Origin: Marsupella aquatica
Lineage: Eukaryota; Plantae; Marchantiophyta
Reading direction: 5' to 3'
Assembly (NCBI GenBank): GCA_973895155.1
Contig: OZ316891.1
Location: forward strand, 16,290,148-16,354,147
DNA length: 64,000 nt
Part shown: in pieces, positions 26,394-40,603 of the stretch
Layout of the letters: every line of letters begins with the position of its first letter
How positions within the stretch are numbered: the first letter of the stretch is position 1
Notes under the pieces: model-generated
Databases searched by the model: none
The model's input: only the letters and a program-made list of their open reading frames with translations
What the model was told of the DNA's origin: nothing
Made by a program: the position numbers and the translations under genes

Positions 26394-29300
26394 GTATTTA
26401 ACGCTGTTTGAAACAATACTTTCAAATCCCTTTTTCCTGACCCTTTTGGCCGACCACTTTTGCTTCCTCTTAAGAACTGTATAAAGGATCTGAAAAACTG
26501 GAGCATGAGTTGGTCATAATCATTCATGGGACAGCATTCAACTGCGCATGGCAGGTTTTGAGCAGGATGACGGGTGAAGACCCTTTCATCGCATAAGTAA
26601 TTCGCACTCATAAGCAAGCGCAATGGGTGCTCAATGGAATGTATCTCTGATACGGTTCTATGTATGATGAGAGTTTGAAACGGTGTTGGACATAGATTTT
26701 GGACCCTGGACGGTGGGGCAGTGTATGAGCATTGGGAAGCTTTCAAAGGATTCACAGCTGCAACATACACTTCTGAAGTGCAAGTTGTTGCTGCGAGTTT
26801 GTATGGGTAAGCTGATTCATATTTCTACCAAGTAGTAGGTGAAAAGATCCAACTGAAGTAGAGACTTTCTCTACTTCCCAATGGGTTACAGGTGCAAACT
26901 GAGTTGCTGTTCATTTGGAGTTGAGGATTATTATTGCTATGGTAGAAATTGATAAAGGTATACAAATAAGGCGGCTACGATTAGGGTCATATGTCTTCCA
27001 CCCTGATCTTATTTTCGAGGATTATCTATGACAATAAGGAAATGTGTCTCTTTTATGGCGTCAAGGCTCGTGGTCTCTACTTGCTGCGATTTGTGGTGAC
27101 ATGTGCTTTTCTACCAACTTTACCAGTCCCTTGACCTTCGAAATTCTGGAGTCAGTACTCATCTGTCAAATGAGTTTTCAGAGGACGAAAATCCTCAATC
27201 GTCCATCACCAATTATGTTGCTTCTGCATTCATACTGTTTTCTTTCAGATGGAACCTCAACTTCAGATGACAATCGGCAAGCTCTTGTCACCCTAACACA
27301 ACATCCTAGACAACAATGTGTAACAGGATGTTCACTCCCTGTCTGCCTAGTTTGCTGAACTCAAAGTGAGTCAACTCAATTGAAATCGAACAGTAGGCAC
27401 ATTTGCTGGACATTAAATGTGAAAGCGCTGCGTTGACAAGTCGAATTGCAGGCAGTTGACGTACACCATTTTCAGAGCAGGCAAATGAGGACTTTTTGGA
27501 TTGCTCATATCAGGGACAATCAGCAGTGGAGCAGACTTCTAAAAAAAAATCCAATGTCATTTCTTGATTTCTTGAACGGAAAGCTTTTGTTTCTGACGAC
27601 GTAATTGGTTATGGAATTCTCAAGGAACGGATAGTTTTAAGGCATTGTTATAGCAAAATTCTTAAACCACAACTCCTTGTACAAGTGGCTCTGCCTTACG
27701 CCAGTGCTCATTCTGAACTGATTCCTCGAAAAATGCAAGGCACGACTCTTAGCAGCCGTCGCATTTGTGTGCATTTGTGTTTGCCCCTGTGCCTATTCTC
27801 AACCATTGGATGCGATCAAGGGCTCAAACGAAAGAGCTCACCGAGATCTATGGATGGTAAAAATTCCAGCCAAAAATATCAAGTATTGAAGGAGAAAAAT
27901 TACATTTTAAAAATCTCTTCTACCTTATTGGTGGATTTCAAATTCCTGAGATTTTGGCCGTCCATTCAAATTTGAATTCCTTCTATCCTGGCCATCCATA
28001 GTATTTTGCCTCTAGCTATCTTGTCCTTCCATTTCAGAAGGTGATGTAGGGCTAAAAAGAAAGATCTCAATGAGATCTATGGCTTGGTTTTTTCTGTTTC
28101 AAAAATGAATAAATATTTTTAAAAATAAAAATAAAAATAAATTCTTTTTTTGGTCTGCCCTATGTCCGCCGTTACCTTTTGGCTTCCCTGTGTGCAAGAG
28201 TTGAACTCTTATATAATACCCTACAGTGTATGAGAGTGCCTTTTATTCCCATAGTAGTGGTTTAATGCAGTAAGTCCTTAATAAGCCTACTATGTCAAAG
28301 GTTGTGTATTGCAGAGGCAACATTTTAAAAAATCTCCTTCCCGCTGGTCGGAGAACACATCGCTCCCACAGTAATCAATTTCACTTACTAGCGCATGGTT
28401 AGAAAATGTATTTGATCTCTTTGAGGCACAAGGGATTATACATGAAGGTGGGTCACATTTGCCTCCAGGAGCCAATTCTGAAAGGCAACTTATCCTTCTC
28501 TTGGAATTAGTTCGTGGACCCTATCTGTTTTGATTGTATGTGAGGTATGTGTTGGACAATATGTGAAATAGATATGCTGGTGGGATCGCTCATTGCTAAA
28601 GCAGATGGAATGGAAATTGTTGAATCGTTGGTCAGCAGATGGAATGGAAATAGTTGAATCGTTGGTGACCGCCAGTTTCTCGGCAGTCAGAGCTCTCATT
28701 GAGGACTAGGGTGATTTCCTCAAGATAGACTATTGTTTGTTAGCCATGACTGAGAATTGTGCTTCTGACTGCCTCTCGTGCGCGGATGAACTTGACCTTC
28801 CGCTAAAGAAAGAGAAAAAGAGAGAGTCAATCTTGCTTTGCACTATCACGTAGGAGAAACGAATAAAGCTTAGATTCAGACTCACTTCAATGGTTATTCA
28901 GGTTCGCACGGAGCATGTAGCATGTCATTTCAGTGCTTTGTTTGTCTCATAGTCGATCGTTCTTCCTTCTGGACCTGTGCTTATGAGTTCTACTCGTTTT
29001 TCTTCTTCCTGCCCCAATCGTCTGTCAGTGATCTCGTCTGCTTATGCTTTTGTTGAGTGTTTCCCAGGCTCTCGTTTCAAAGCCTTCGGGTACGAGTCTT
29101 TCAGGTTCAATTCTTGCGATCCTTCTGCGCTTCCCGATTCTTGTTGTTGGAGATGTCGAGAGATCAACTAAGTGCCTTGAGTTCTTTCCTTATGAAGTCG
29201 CTCGATTCTCCTCTCAATCTTCCTCTTATCAATTCTCTATTCGGTTTGCTGTCCTTATGGATCCCTCCACGTCTGAAGATCGTATTTGTGCGCGTCCCAT

Positions 29301-30524
29301 TCATGCATAATTTTCGTTCATGAATAGCACCTTCCTCTAATCCCCCCTCCCATCCTTTCTGTCGACTACACTCTTTGATTGTCTGTGCTTTGCTCTGTTT
29401 TGTTCTCGTCGTCATTTGGAGTAGATTGTATTGCCACTACTGGATCGGGAAAGAGGACATTCTAGGATGGGGAGGTGTTCATGTCGACCGTTTTGCTCAC
29501 TATTGAATCGGTGACCATGTGTGCAGTCGGTTACTAGGGCCCAAGATTTAATTACGAAATTGAATCACAATTCACAAAAAAGGGTGGGCAGTTAGTTACT
29601 AGGGGTAAATAAAACCAAGGGTGGGCCTACTACTAACTGAACAGCGGGTAAATAAAACGGTTATTTTTGAAATAAATTTACGTCATCTTTTACAGCACGG
29701 CGTCCTCAATTTTACCAAAAATTTGCAGCAAACACGAAAGGTGACATAATTTCATTGTGGAAACCAATCCGTTCCTGTTTGCAACGCGCCATGATGATGT
29801 GGCGCGCTGTGGAGCCAGGAATTTTGGAAGGAACCTCTAGTGGGGTCCGTAATGAATCTTTGGTCAAGGGCAGAATCTCAACCCAAATTGGGATCCAGCC
29901 TAGAGTTCTATCCAAAGTCAAATTGCATGAAAATAAAAAGTTATAATAAGCACTCCTGCCCTTTTTTGCATTGTTGTTTTATAAATTGAGACTTAGAATG
30001 GCCCCAATGAATGACTCTCCTCACCCAGTCCTCCCTCCCTTACTTGAAAAATGAGTTTAGAAAAATGTGTTTCTTTAGTAAGTGTTTGTTTTAAACTCTT
30101 TTTAAGGCAAGAGGGAAAAGTTGGAGCCTGTCTCGTCTCTACTTTACTCTTTGGTCAAGGGCCCTCTTTGGTTAGGCATTCATTCTTAGGTCTAGAGTGA
30201 CTATGTAACGGCAATTAGTCAAACCTTAGTTGGGTATGTGGCTACGCTTAGACGTGCATTTAATTACACTAGCAAGACTTAGTGAGTGGAACTTAGACTC
30301 GTTACTACAAAGACAGTTGGGCCGTAAGAAGAGTTTAGTCTGTGGAAACTTGGTATGGCTGATAAACTTGGAGTTTTGCAATTAAAGCTCTCTTGTGTGT
30401 TCCCATGCACGTAGCCTCTAGTGAGGTAACCACATATCTCTTGTGATGGTTTCTTGTGGTTTGATGCATGTTGCACATATGAATGTTGTCATATGAATAG
30501 CAGCTGGTTACTCAATAAGCTGGT

Positions 30525-31560
30525 TTTTTTTTTTGGTTTTCTATTTCAATAAAACCTGCAAAACCCCACGGGCAGGGAGGCCAAAAAAGGCAACAAAGCC
30601 ACAAGGGCAGACCACGGAAGGTCAAAAGCATGAAACACTATCAAGACAGAAGGTGACACCAGTAAGTGAGGAGTGGCCCTGTCATCCAAAGGCAATGTAA
30701 GGACCAATCTAAATTATAAATCTAAATTCTAGAGCGGGGAACTCCAGGGGGAGGTGGTCCCGACCAGAGACAAAGGGCGATTCTGTGAACAGAGTTGTTC
30801 AGCAAAAAAGGTGTCATCATTCTAGGCATATATATATGCGGCTCTAGGGCTTTGGAAGCCATTTAGATCTTTCTGTCATCGTTACCTCCTTAGCCCTTAA
30901 GAGACGAGTATGTTTCCTACTTGGGCCAGAGTTCTCACAAGCACCAAGAAAATTGTCAAGCACCAAAGCCAGGAGAGCATTGATGTCAAACAGTCTACAT
31001 CTGCCTGAATTGAAGAAGTGCTCGTTCCTGGCAAGCCATATAGACCAAAGAGCTTGGTAGACTGTAAAGGCTCTAAGTGAGTGGGTCAAGTTCTGGCCCT
31101 TAAAAGATCTGACAAGCAGGAGAATCTCAGTGTCTGACCAGGTAATGACATTAGGAAAGAGTTTAAAAGTCAGATTCCAACATATCTTAGCAAATGTGCA
31201 GTTGAAAAAGACATGAGGTATAGTCTCAATTTCATTGGGACAGAGTTTGCAAATTTCCGTCACCTTGCCCCCGTTAAATAATCTTTGAGCAAGGATTCTC
31301 CAGATAAAGGTACGTGATTTCAACAGCAGATCAGAGGTCCAGAGTGAGTACCAGATAGTGCTCCAGTCAGTCTCAGTAAGAGTCGCTGACCAAATATGAT
31401 TAAGTCTGACAAAGTCCGAACCTGTGGGTCAAAGAATGTTGTACATCCGTGCGTTGGGTAAAGCAAACAACTTGAGGTTCACATCCATGTGCGCCCATCT
31501 CCATTGAAAAGCCGGTCTGCCTATCTCTTCCCTGTCTGTTGATGATCTAAAGGTCTTAAT
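30525..31560 (-). mobile_element. 5'-truncated LINE (ORF2 C-terminus, 3' UTR, poly-A)
   Basis: KSRTFIWRIL...CKLC...HVFFNC...LWSIWLARN; T-run at 30524-30534; shared 3' hairpin. Confidence 0.85.
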
Positions 31561-32789
31561 GCCTAGAATAGTCCAAAGTTAGGGGGAAATACTCGAAAAC
31601 AACTTTTCTTTCCTTATTTTGTAGAATTCATTATTAAGTAGCTTTGCATGTGATATGGGACGCCCCTTTAGAGCGAGCTCCCAAGACATGAACAACAATG
31701 TTTACAAAGACAAACAAACTATTGCGGACGCATCGCGATAGTACTCTTTTAAGAAGGCACCTTGACAAAGGTGATCATGAGTGGTTGCTGATAGCACCTT
31801 CTTGAGCTCCTTGTTGACCTGAACATTGTGCTATGTGTAACAAATTGCTAGCAAAGTCACCGGCCAAGAGTTTTGGTCTCAACTAGATATTGGTTGGGGG
31901 CCAAAAATAGGGGACCAAAGCTTGTCCCGGAGGTAGTAGGTCCCCAAAAGTAAATACGAGGAGAGTATATGTTCTAACATATATCCTCACAAGCCATCAA
32001 TTGCGATCAGTTGAGATCTAGTGCTTCTCCCGCCAAGCCAAGGAACATGAGTAGCACACAAGCATTTAAGATGCATAGAAGTGTGGCATAGGGGAAGTTG
32101 GTTGGCTTCCAGATTGTAGTGCACCCCAAGGTGGGTGGTGCCAACGTGCCATTACTCGACCCGTTGGTCTGGTTTTTTGTGAGGATTTTTGTTGCACACC
32201 CTTGGCGACGGATCATACTTTGAGATCCGTACTAGGTGATCTAAGGGAGCTAGAGGGTGTGTTGCAAAGCGGATGTTTTAATTGTCAAAGATGACCTTTT
32301 GCCAATCCAGCTGGCCAACCCTCCAAAACCTCTTCCAACTTCATGAAATCTCTTTTGTGTATAGATTAATCAATGCACCTCCTTCATTTGCTTTTCTTTT
32401 AATTTCACTTTTTGGGTGCTACCCGGCCTCCGCGACAATCAAGTAGTAACAACTTGTGTACTTTCTAGACACATCATTCAATCTGTCCCTTTTCTGGTTG
32501 TTGGCCTTTGTCTATCATTTGGGTTGGGAGCTCTTAGATTGACTCTCTACTAAAATTCCTTTTGATTAATTACCTGAGATAGTGGTGTCACACCAATAAG
32601 TTGGTCACTAAGTGCATTTCATACCAAATGAGACATGAACTTGTCAGTATTGAGGGTTTGGGCAAGGAGGGATGCGCAATATGCATTTATTAGCACGGAC
32701 TGCGCTAAGTGCGCTTATTTATAGATATACTCTCTAGGTATACTTTGCCTTGTGCCGCTGGAACGTATCAGAGTTTGATTTTTTGATCA

Positions 32790-34738
32790 GTCCCGGCTTA
32801 GGAACTTCTAAGCCTTTGTAGTTGCCCGCCTCTGATTTGGATCTGAAATGTGTCCGTCAACCCAAACTTGCAGCCGCTACCCCCAACCTGCACCCTGTGC
32901 ATCAAGGAGTAGCGTGCTTGGCCCGGCCTTGTCGCCCACATACAAGATTGTACTATCACAACCCTGACTAACAAAATACGCAACATACAATCTTGATTTA
33001 CACGAAGGAAATGGTGGGGTAAAGTATTACTATAGAACTCATTATGCACATACATACGGTTGACTTGACTTCAACATAACAGCAAGCTCAACAACGGTGG
33101 AGTGTACACTGGAACGGAGCCGGCGAGCTCAGTCTTACATCCACCCCATGGTGCACTCTATCCACAAAGGCCGGGACTCCTAGCACATCCTACAAATACC
33201 TAAGTCTAGACTAAAGTCCCCCTACCTTTATCAGGGGGTGCACTAAGTACTACCTAAGCACTATACTTTTGGTTGAGCTGAAGTTTGGCCGTAGAAGGTG
33301 CCTCCTTCTGAAGTCAATCCACATTGGCCTTGAGGGCGTCAATCTTGGCTCTGTACCCGGGTCTGTACCTCGGTCCCTAGCATTGGCATCCTCAACGTCC
33401 TTCTGCCAATTGGCCTCCCGACCCTTCACGTTGTCAATTTGGGTCCAAATCCGCACTATCTCCTCATCCTTCCCAAGTATGGTGTCATTGGGAAAATGAG
33501 TTTTCAAGTAAAGCAGGCTATGCTGATTTGGGTCGGCTTGCCTTGGATTCATCTTTGGTGATTGCTTTACTCTGGTTGGGGAGAAAATGGAGTAAGCCAA
33601 ATTTAAGCTTAAAAGATAAAGACAAAATAAGAATAAAGATGGCAAAGGTTAGCAAAAGTTAAAAGAGTTTTTGGAGGTTTTACTTGAATGCAACACATGG
33701 TAGCTTGAGGTTCAAATTGCATAATTAAGGACAACTAAGATGCGTGCCGTTTGAGAAGTGTTACTAATGGAGTGTGGTTGGCCTTGCGCTGTGGGGTATA
33801 ACCATAAGTGTGGGCCTAAATAAGTGGATCTTATCCTAAACTAACCAAGGGTCAACTAACCCTAATAAGGCCAAACTAACTCAAGTCGAGAACTCAAGTC
33901 AATTCCTAACAATCTCCACCTTGACTCCAATTCACACAATGAGTCAGGTGATATACAATATGTAACTAAGTAACATATCTACATAGTCTCCGGTTTGGCC
34001 CTAACATTAATCATATCCACACAATGACCAAAGTTGTTGGTAGGTAAAACTTTAGTAAGCATGTGTGTTGCATTCTCCTCTAAAGCCACCTTCTCCATAC
34101 ACATATGCTTTGTTTCAATCATCTCATGGATGAAGTGATAACAAATGTCAATGTGCTTTGCCCTGGCATGGAACACAAAGTTCTTAGCTAGATGCAAAGC
34201 ACTTTGACTATCACACAGCAACACCGGTCTTTTAGATAAAAGACCCAAATCACTCACCAATCTCCATAGCTCGATCAGTTCCTTGGTTGCCTCGCAAGCA
34301 ACCATATACTTAGCCTCAATAGTAGACAATGCAACACAAGATTGAGTTACAACTTCTAGCTGATACAACCTCCACCCAGCATAAACACATAGCCTGTAGT
34401 AGACTTCATGTTATCCAAGTTACCAGCATAATTTAAATCTACAAAACCTCCAAACTCTAATGTATAGTCTGCTTTATTGTCAAATAAAATCCCACAATCT
34501 TAGGTTTCTTTCAAATACCGCAAAACCCAGTTCACTGCTTATCAGTGAAGCTTACCAGGGTTTGCCATAAATTTGCTCAAAATGCTAACAGCGTGGGCAA
34601 TGTTAGGTCTAGTGCACGTCATTGCATACATCAAACTACCCACAACACTATCATAGGGAGCTTGTTTCATCGCCAATTTATCACTCTCACTAGAAGGGTA
34701 ATTATTCTTTGAGAGTTTAAAGTGGGAAGCCAATGGTG
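32790..34738 (-). mobile_element. Ty1/Copia remnant: RT C-terminus, RNase H, PPT and 3' LTR (left end approximate)
   Basis: PYDSVVGSLMYAMTCTRPNIA, QSCVALSTIEAKY, CDSQSA, HARAKHIDI. PPT AAGGTGGAGAT precedes TGTTAGG at 33911. Confidence 0.8.
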
Positions 34739-37700
34739 ATCTGGATAAGAAGCTGTATGTGGGCCTAGAATGGAATTTGCAAGAAGCAGCAAGGAATGTG
34801 CTCAAGACAACTGTACAACTATGCGTTGCTGTGCTACTTCACAGGGCGTACCCCGCTTCTTGCAGCTTTCAGAGAATGGGTGGAAGAGGTGATGACGATA
34901 AGGGAGAACTGGTCGGTCCTGCAGATCAAATATGTAGGGAAAAACTTTTACATGGTGGTCTTTGAACATCCTGACCATCGGGACCTGGCACTCAACTATG
35001 CTCCTTGGTTTTATGAGCGTCAATTTGTATATACTCTCCCCTGGGACCCTTCTTTTGATGTTAAAAGTGATAGCTTCACTAAACTACCGGTATGGATAGA
35101 AATCCCTTTTCGTGCTCTTGCATTGGAAGGATGCAGGAGGAAGATCGCAAGCACATTGGGTACTTTGCTCTACTACATCCAGGGAGACCAATTTAGCTCG
35201 TACCCACACGATCGTGCCTGTATTCTATGGGACACTGACAGGGAAGTGCCCTCTAGTGTGAGAATTCATATCCGGGAAGACATTGTGATTTGGCAACCGG
35301 TGACATTTAAAAATATCCCCTACCACTGCTATAAATGTAATCACAAAGGGCACCTGGCTTGCAACTGTAATATGGAGCCAGAGCCGGCTTGCAAACCACT
35401 GGAGGAGGGGGAAGGAGGGTTCCCACCAAACGAGAAGGATGATGAGCGCCATTCGGAAGCGGACCCTGAGGAAATTCACAAAGCAGTAGCCAATGCGGAA
35501 GAAAGGGCTCTCTTTTGGGCTACAATGGCTACTCCACCCCTGCTGGTCCCTTTGGCAATGGCGGTGGACGCTGCTCGGATAGAGCAAAATTCCCGGAGCC
35601 CTACCACCCAGGGAGAGTTTTGGCCTTCCCCTATGCAAACACAACGTGAACTTCGGGATCCTATGCTGGATCCTTTGGTGGGTGAGGAGCAGGGATTGAG
35701 GTGGGCGCTTATCACACATGAGGGCCCCTGTGAGATCCCGGATTCGCAGATTATTCGTCCTGTTATGGTGATTGAGAACCCCTCTGGCCCGGGACCACCA
35801 CTTGAACGGTTGGTACCCGGTTCTGAGCTTGTTGTCCTCCCTTTGGACTCTCTTTCTAGCTTGATAGTGGCTCACCATCCGCTCTCAACCAGAGGGTCGG
35901 GGGAGGAGGAGAACTTCTCTTTTCATGAGGGCTTGGATGCGGAGAAGTCAGAATACAAAGAATATATCCAGCACAGTAAGTTCAAGGCTAGGGCACGTAA
36001 ACAGGAGCTGCGCACTCCGCCAACAGAGAGATCGGAGAAACTTAAAGGTGAGGCTAAGAAGCAAAGATCACTCAATTTCTCACGGGGCTTCTTGTCTGAT
36101 GCAGGTGGGTGTACCTCAAGGGACCCAGGAGAGCGAGGGGAACCACTGCGGCTGGACATGAGAGTGGCTACTGACCCTGTACTGGCACCGGTTCGCTTAG
36201 GTACTCCTTGATTGGATCCCCAAGGCGGGACTCACCCAAAGGCTACATAAGTGGACCAACAAGTGGACAGGCCTTTTCTGGCTAGTCCCCAGGGGGACGC
36301 AACAGGCTCTGAAACCTTCATTTGTGGGATCGGGGACCCTGCTAGAGGACTGCACCAAATTAGCAGGAGAATGGAGGAGATATTCAGGTTGGCCTCGTGG
36401 AACATGTGTGGACTGTGCGAACCAAACCGCAAGCATGTGGTGAAGAATTGGGTTAAATCCTTGAAGACACCCTTGAGCGTGATGGCATTACAGGAAGTGA
36501 AAACATACCAGTTCTGCTTAGACATGGCGTTGAAAGCTATCCTGCCGGACTACCAACACTTCTCTTCTGCACCGGATGAGGGCGGAGGGGGAACGGCGTT
36601 GATGGTCCACCTAGAGATTAAGGTGGTTAGAGCAGGCAAGCTGGACCTGGGACGGGCGGTGTGGGTGATAGTGGACACGGAAGCGGGGAAGATTGGAATT
36701 GCGTGTGTTTATGCCCCCAAACTCTTCTCGCCTGCGAGCCCTGCTATGGAACGATCTAAAGACCTTACTTGCTCAAGTGGACTGGATTATGTGCGGGGAC
36801 TTCAACATGATAGAGCGTAGGTCGGACTCTACGGGTAATTCGCCTCTGATTCGAGGGAGGGAGGCTGAATTTTGGAGATTTCTCAAAATGCATTTTGACA
36901 TGACAGATGCCTGGGACGTCAGAGGCGCTGCTACTGGTCCCTGTTACACATGGAGACGATTTCGGAACGGTGAACTGGTGCAATCAAGGCTTGACAGATT
37001 TTATCTAAGCGAGAAAGGATGGTGGTTGGGAGAATTTGTAGGGCTTATTCACGAGGGAGGCTCCTCTCTATCAGATCATGACCCGGTGCTGCTGGAGGTG
37101 CGGCTAGCTGTACCCCGGGTGACTGGAATGAGGGGGAATGCTAGGATCTTTATGGCCAATCCAGCCTTACTGCGGAGTAATGAGGATATGCAAGGGCTGG
37201 AAGTGGCTTGCAGAAAGGGTAGGGAAAACTTCAATGATCCACACCTCAGATTCGCCAAGGGTAGTGCGCAATTGAGGAGCACATACAAGTTGCTACAGGC
37301 TAAGCCGCGACCAGCGGAGGCAGCAATGAGCGTTCTAAGAGCACAAATGCGTGCCCTTAAATTGTCAATTTTAGAAGCACATTCGGACTCTGACATTATG
37401 GAGTACATGGAGACAGAGGACTCGTTGCATATGACAGAGATTGAGGAAGCTCACAAGGGCCGGAGACTGGCCAGGGTTAAGCGGCTGGGAGAAGGGGAAG
37501 AATCTACTAAATTCTTCTTTGCTACGGTGCGAGCAAAGAGAGCAAGAGAAGCTATGAACTCCCTTACACGTGAAGATGGAAGCGTGATTGTGGATTCTAA
37601 TCAAATTTTGGGGGAGGTGGAGACTTTCTGTAAGAATTTGTATTCAACTCCGGCTCTATCACAGGAAGAGATGGCAGAGCAGAGAAGAGCCCGCATACTC

Positions 37701-40562
37701 CTGTTAAGGAATACCAGATTTGCTTTATCGGCTGGGGAGATCTTGAAGATGGAGGAGCTTCCATCCCTTCAGGAGGTAAAAGAAGTATTGTGGTTGCTGC
37801 CCCGGGACAAATCCCCGGGACCAGATGGATTGACAGCAGAGGTGTACAGAGCGTGTTGGGAATTCATAGGCAATGATCTTGTAGACATGATCCAGGAATT
37901 CTGGCTTTCAGGGGTTCTTGATGGTGGGATCTGTGAGGGCATCATCAAATTCATATCGAAGAAACCAGATAAACGCTACTTAAAAGACTGGAGACCACTG
38001 ACAATGTTAAATACAGTGTACAAGATCATTGCCAAGATTCTGGTGTTGCGTCTGAAACCTCTCCTCCACAAGATTATCAACCCGCAACAGACGGGATTCA
38101 TTCCTGGGCGGCACATCTTAGAAAATATTTTGCTAGCAATGCTAACATGTGATTGGGTGCAACAGAAGAAGAGCCAAGCATTATTCCTGAAGCTGGATTT
38201 TGAAAAGGCATTCGACAGGGTTTGCCATGAGTATATATGGGAGTGCATGCACCTACTTGGGATCAGTGGGCGTTTTATAATGTTGGTTAAAGCGCTGCTA
38301 GTGCAAGCAACCTCTAGGGTTTTGGTAAATGGATTTCTTTCAAACCAGGTGCACTTGGAACGTGGTGTGAGGCAGGGCTGCCCACTATCACCTCTCTTAT
38401 TTGTGATTTCCACATAGCCGCTCATGGATTTTTTGGATGCAGAGATAGTGGAAGGTAGGCTGAGAGGACTACGAATTACCGGGGATCTCATGATCTGCTA
38501 CAGGCTCTTTGCAGATGATGTAGGAATGTTCATCCCAGCAACAGAGCAGGAGTTTGAGGATGTACAAGAATGGCACTGGACTGCTATGAGAAAGCCAGCG
38601 GTGCCAAATTGAATTTAGAAAAGTTGGTGGTGATTCCCCTGGCCATGGAGAAAATTCCACTCTGGCTCACCAATACTGGATGTATTATTAGCCAGAAGGG
38701 GGAGATACAAAAGTACCTTGGAGCACCCTTAGGAGTAGAGCTGCACACAGAGCAGCTACATAAATTCTGCCTGGACAAGATAAGTACTTGACTATCGACC
38801 TGGGTAAACAAGTTGCTGTCATTCACAGGAAGAACCCTCCTGATTAAGCATATCCTGCAAGCTATTCCGATCTATCATGTGATGTACTGTAAAGCTTCAG
38901 TAGAGTTGGCTAAGAAACTGATTGCTCTTAGTAGGGACTTCTTATGGGGATACAACGCCACTGGGGGTAGGAAGATCCCCTTGGTGGCCTGGGACAGGAT
39001 AGCTCAACCACGAGTGGAGGGGGTTCTGGGTTTAAAGATTTCATAAGCCACTCTGACGCTCTTCTCTCTCAATGGTTCACAAAAGCTCTTAACTCTCCTA
39101 ACTTGGAATGGTCTAAAATGTTAGCTGCAAATCTGGCATTGATGGGATGGAGGAACTACAAAGTAATCAAAAGGAACCGATACTCCTTTCAAGACCAGTT
39201 ATTGCTGTGCACACCTAGGTCATTTGTTGGTTTGCCATACACAAGTGGACTATGGAGGAGTTGGGCGATGGTCAGAGCACACCTTTTGTTTGAGCCAGGC
39301 AGGACTGGGACACCGGCGAGATGGAGTATCTACGACACCCTGTGCTGCATGGCAGGATTTCACTCCCTCTCCAATGAAGCCATTGCAGGGATTGCTGCCA
39401 TTTGTGGAAGATTGGGTATTCACTCTATAGGAGATGGATGGTCAACTGAGGATGGAGGATGGAAAGACCTCCCACTGAGATGGCACAACCTGCGCGGATT
39501 CTCTGATGAACACAGAGAATGAGCTCAGTCCTTCCTTGAATGCCTCTGGAACACCAATGAATGTAGGGCGGACTACTTCCTCTATGCCAAACAGTGGGTT
39601 TGGTCGGACAAGGCGGAGAGGCTGCAAGACTTCAGGATTGAGAACTGTCGAGTGTATGAGTTCTTGAGGCCTAAAAGATCAAACCATGGCCGCCTAAACC
39701 GGATTTGGTCTATTTCTAGGACGGAAGTAGAATGGAACATTGGATGGGGAAAGCTCTGGCGCTTGGACTTGCCAACCAGGGGAAAGACTTTCATATGGCG
39801 TACCATTGTTGGGGGCCTCTTCACGGGGGCTAGAGCACGCAGAATTGCAGTGAGCAATGGAGAGTGCAAACTATGCTGCGGTGTGTTGGAGACCATTCCC
39901 CATGTTTTCTTTGGATGTGTTCATGCGGCTAGCTGTTGGGGACTAAGTCACCGCTTCTTACATGAGTTGGGCCTGCCAATATGACAAGGGCTGTTGACTC
40001 TGCTGGACTCTGCCCTTGGAAGAGACCCGATTCAGATTGCCAGGCTTTTTGTTTTGCACCAGTTATTATGGATGCTTTGGTTAGGTAGAAATGCCCATAT
40101 GTTCCAGGTTGATGGCAGGCGTTCTTTTGATCTTGGCCTGGTGCTGTCTGAGATGGCGGAGTGCCTGAATGCTGTGAGCTGTGGCTCACCCTCGGGTAGG
40201 AAAAACTCTCGGTTACGACGGGCAAAGGACCGGATTGACAGCCTGCGTAGGCTTTGGCTCGGTAGTGGTAGGGGATGTTTGGTCTCTAGGGGTTGACAGG
40301 GACTCCTCACTGAGGCCGGTTGGGAAGGCAGGGACCTGATAGGGTGTGTGGGGAGCAGCTCTGTTCCCTTGTGATGGCTTCTAGGGGCTGTTGCCCGTGG
40401 TTGTGTCTCATTTTCCTTTGGGCTCTTTTCTTTGACAAATGAGGTTTGTTTTGTTCTGGTTAGCTCTCTTTCTGGGCCCTTTTGGGGGGGTCTGTTTGCC
40501 GTGTGGCTTGTTTTCCCCGCCCGTGGGGTTTTTCGCGGGTGAAAACTTTTATTATAAAAAAA
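34739..40562 (+). mobile_element. 5'-truncated L1-type LINE (ORF1 partial 34796-36211; ORF2 ~36371-40296 with stops and frameshifts)
   Basis: KLPVWIEIP, CYKCNHKGHLACNC; SWNMCG, GDFN, SDHDP, LDFEKAFD, GVRQGCPLSP, FADD, zf-RVT; A tail at 40556-40562. Confidence 0.9.
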
Positions 40563-40603
40563 CCCTATTCCAAGGAAAGTTGGAACCCAATGGAGTACCA
40601 ACT

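Noticed and set aside
27650-30450. AT-rich patches with short repeats (GAGATCTATGG x2, GGGTAAATAAAAC x2)
   Set aside because: Probably old DNA-transposon debris, but no termini or TSD could be defined.
31560-32790. Degenerate retroelement fragments, including PBS-like GTATCAGAG at ~32765
   Set aside because: Too decayed to bound or classify.
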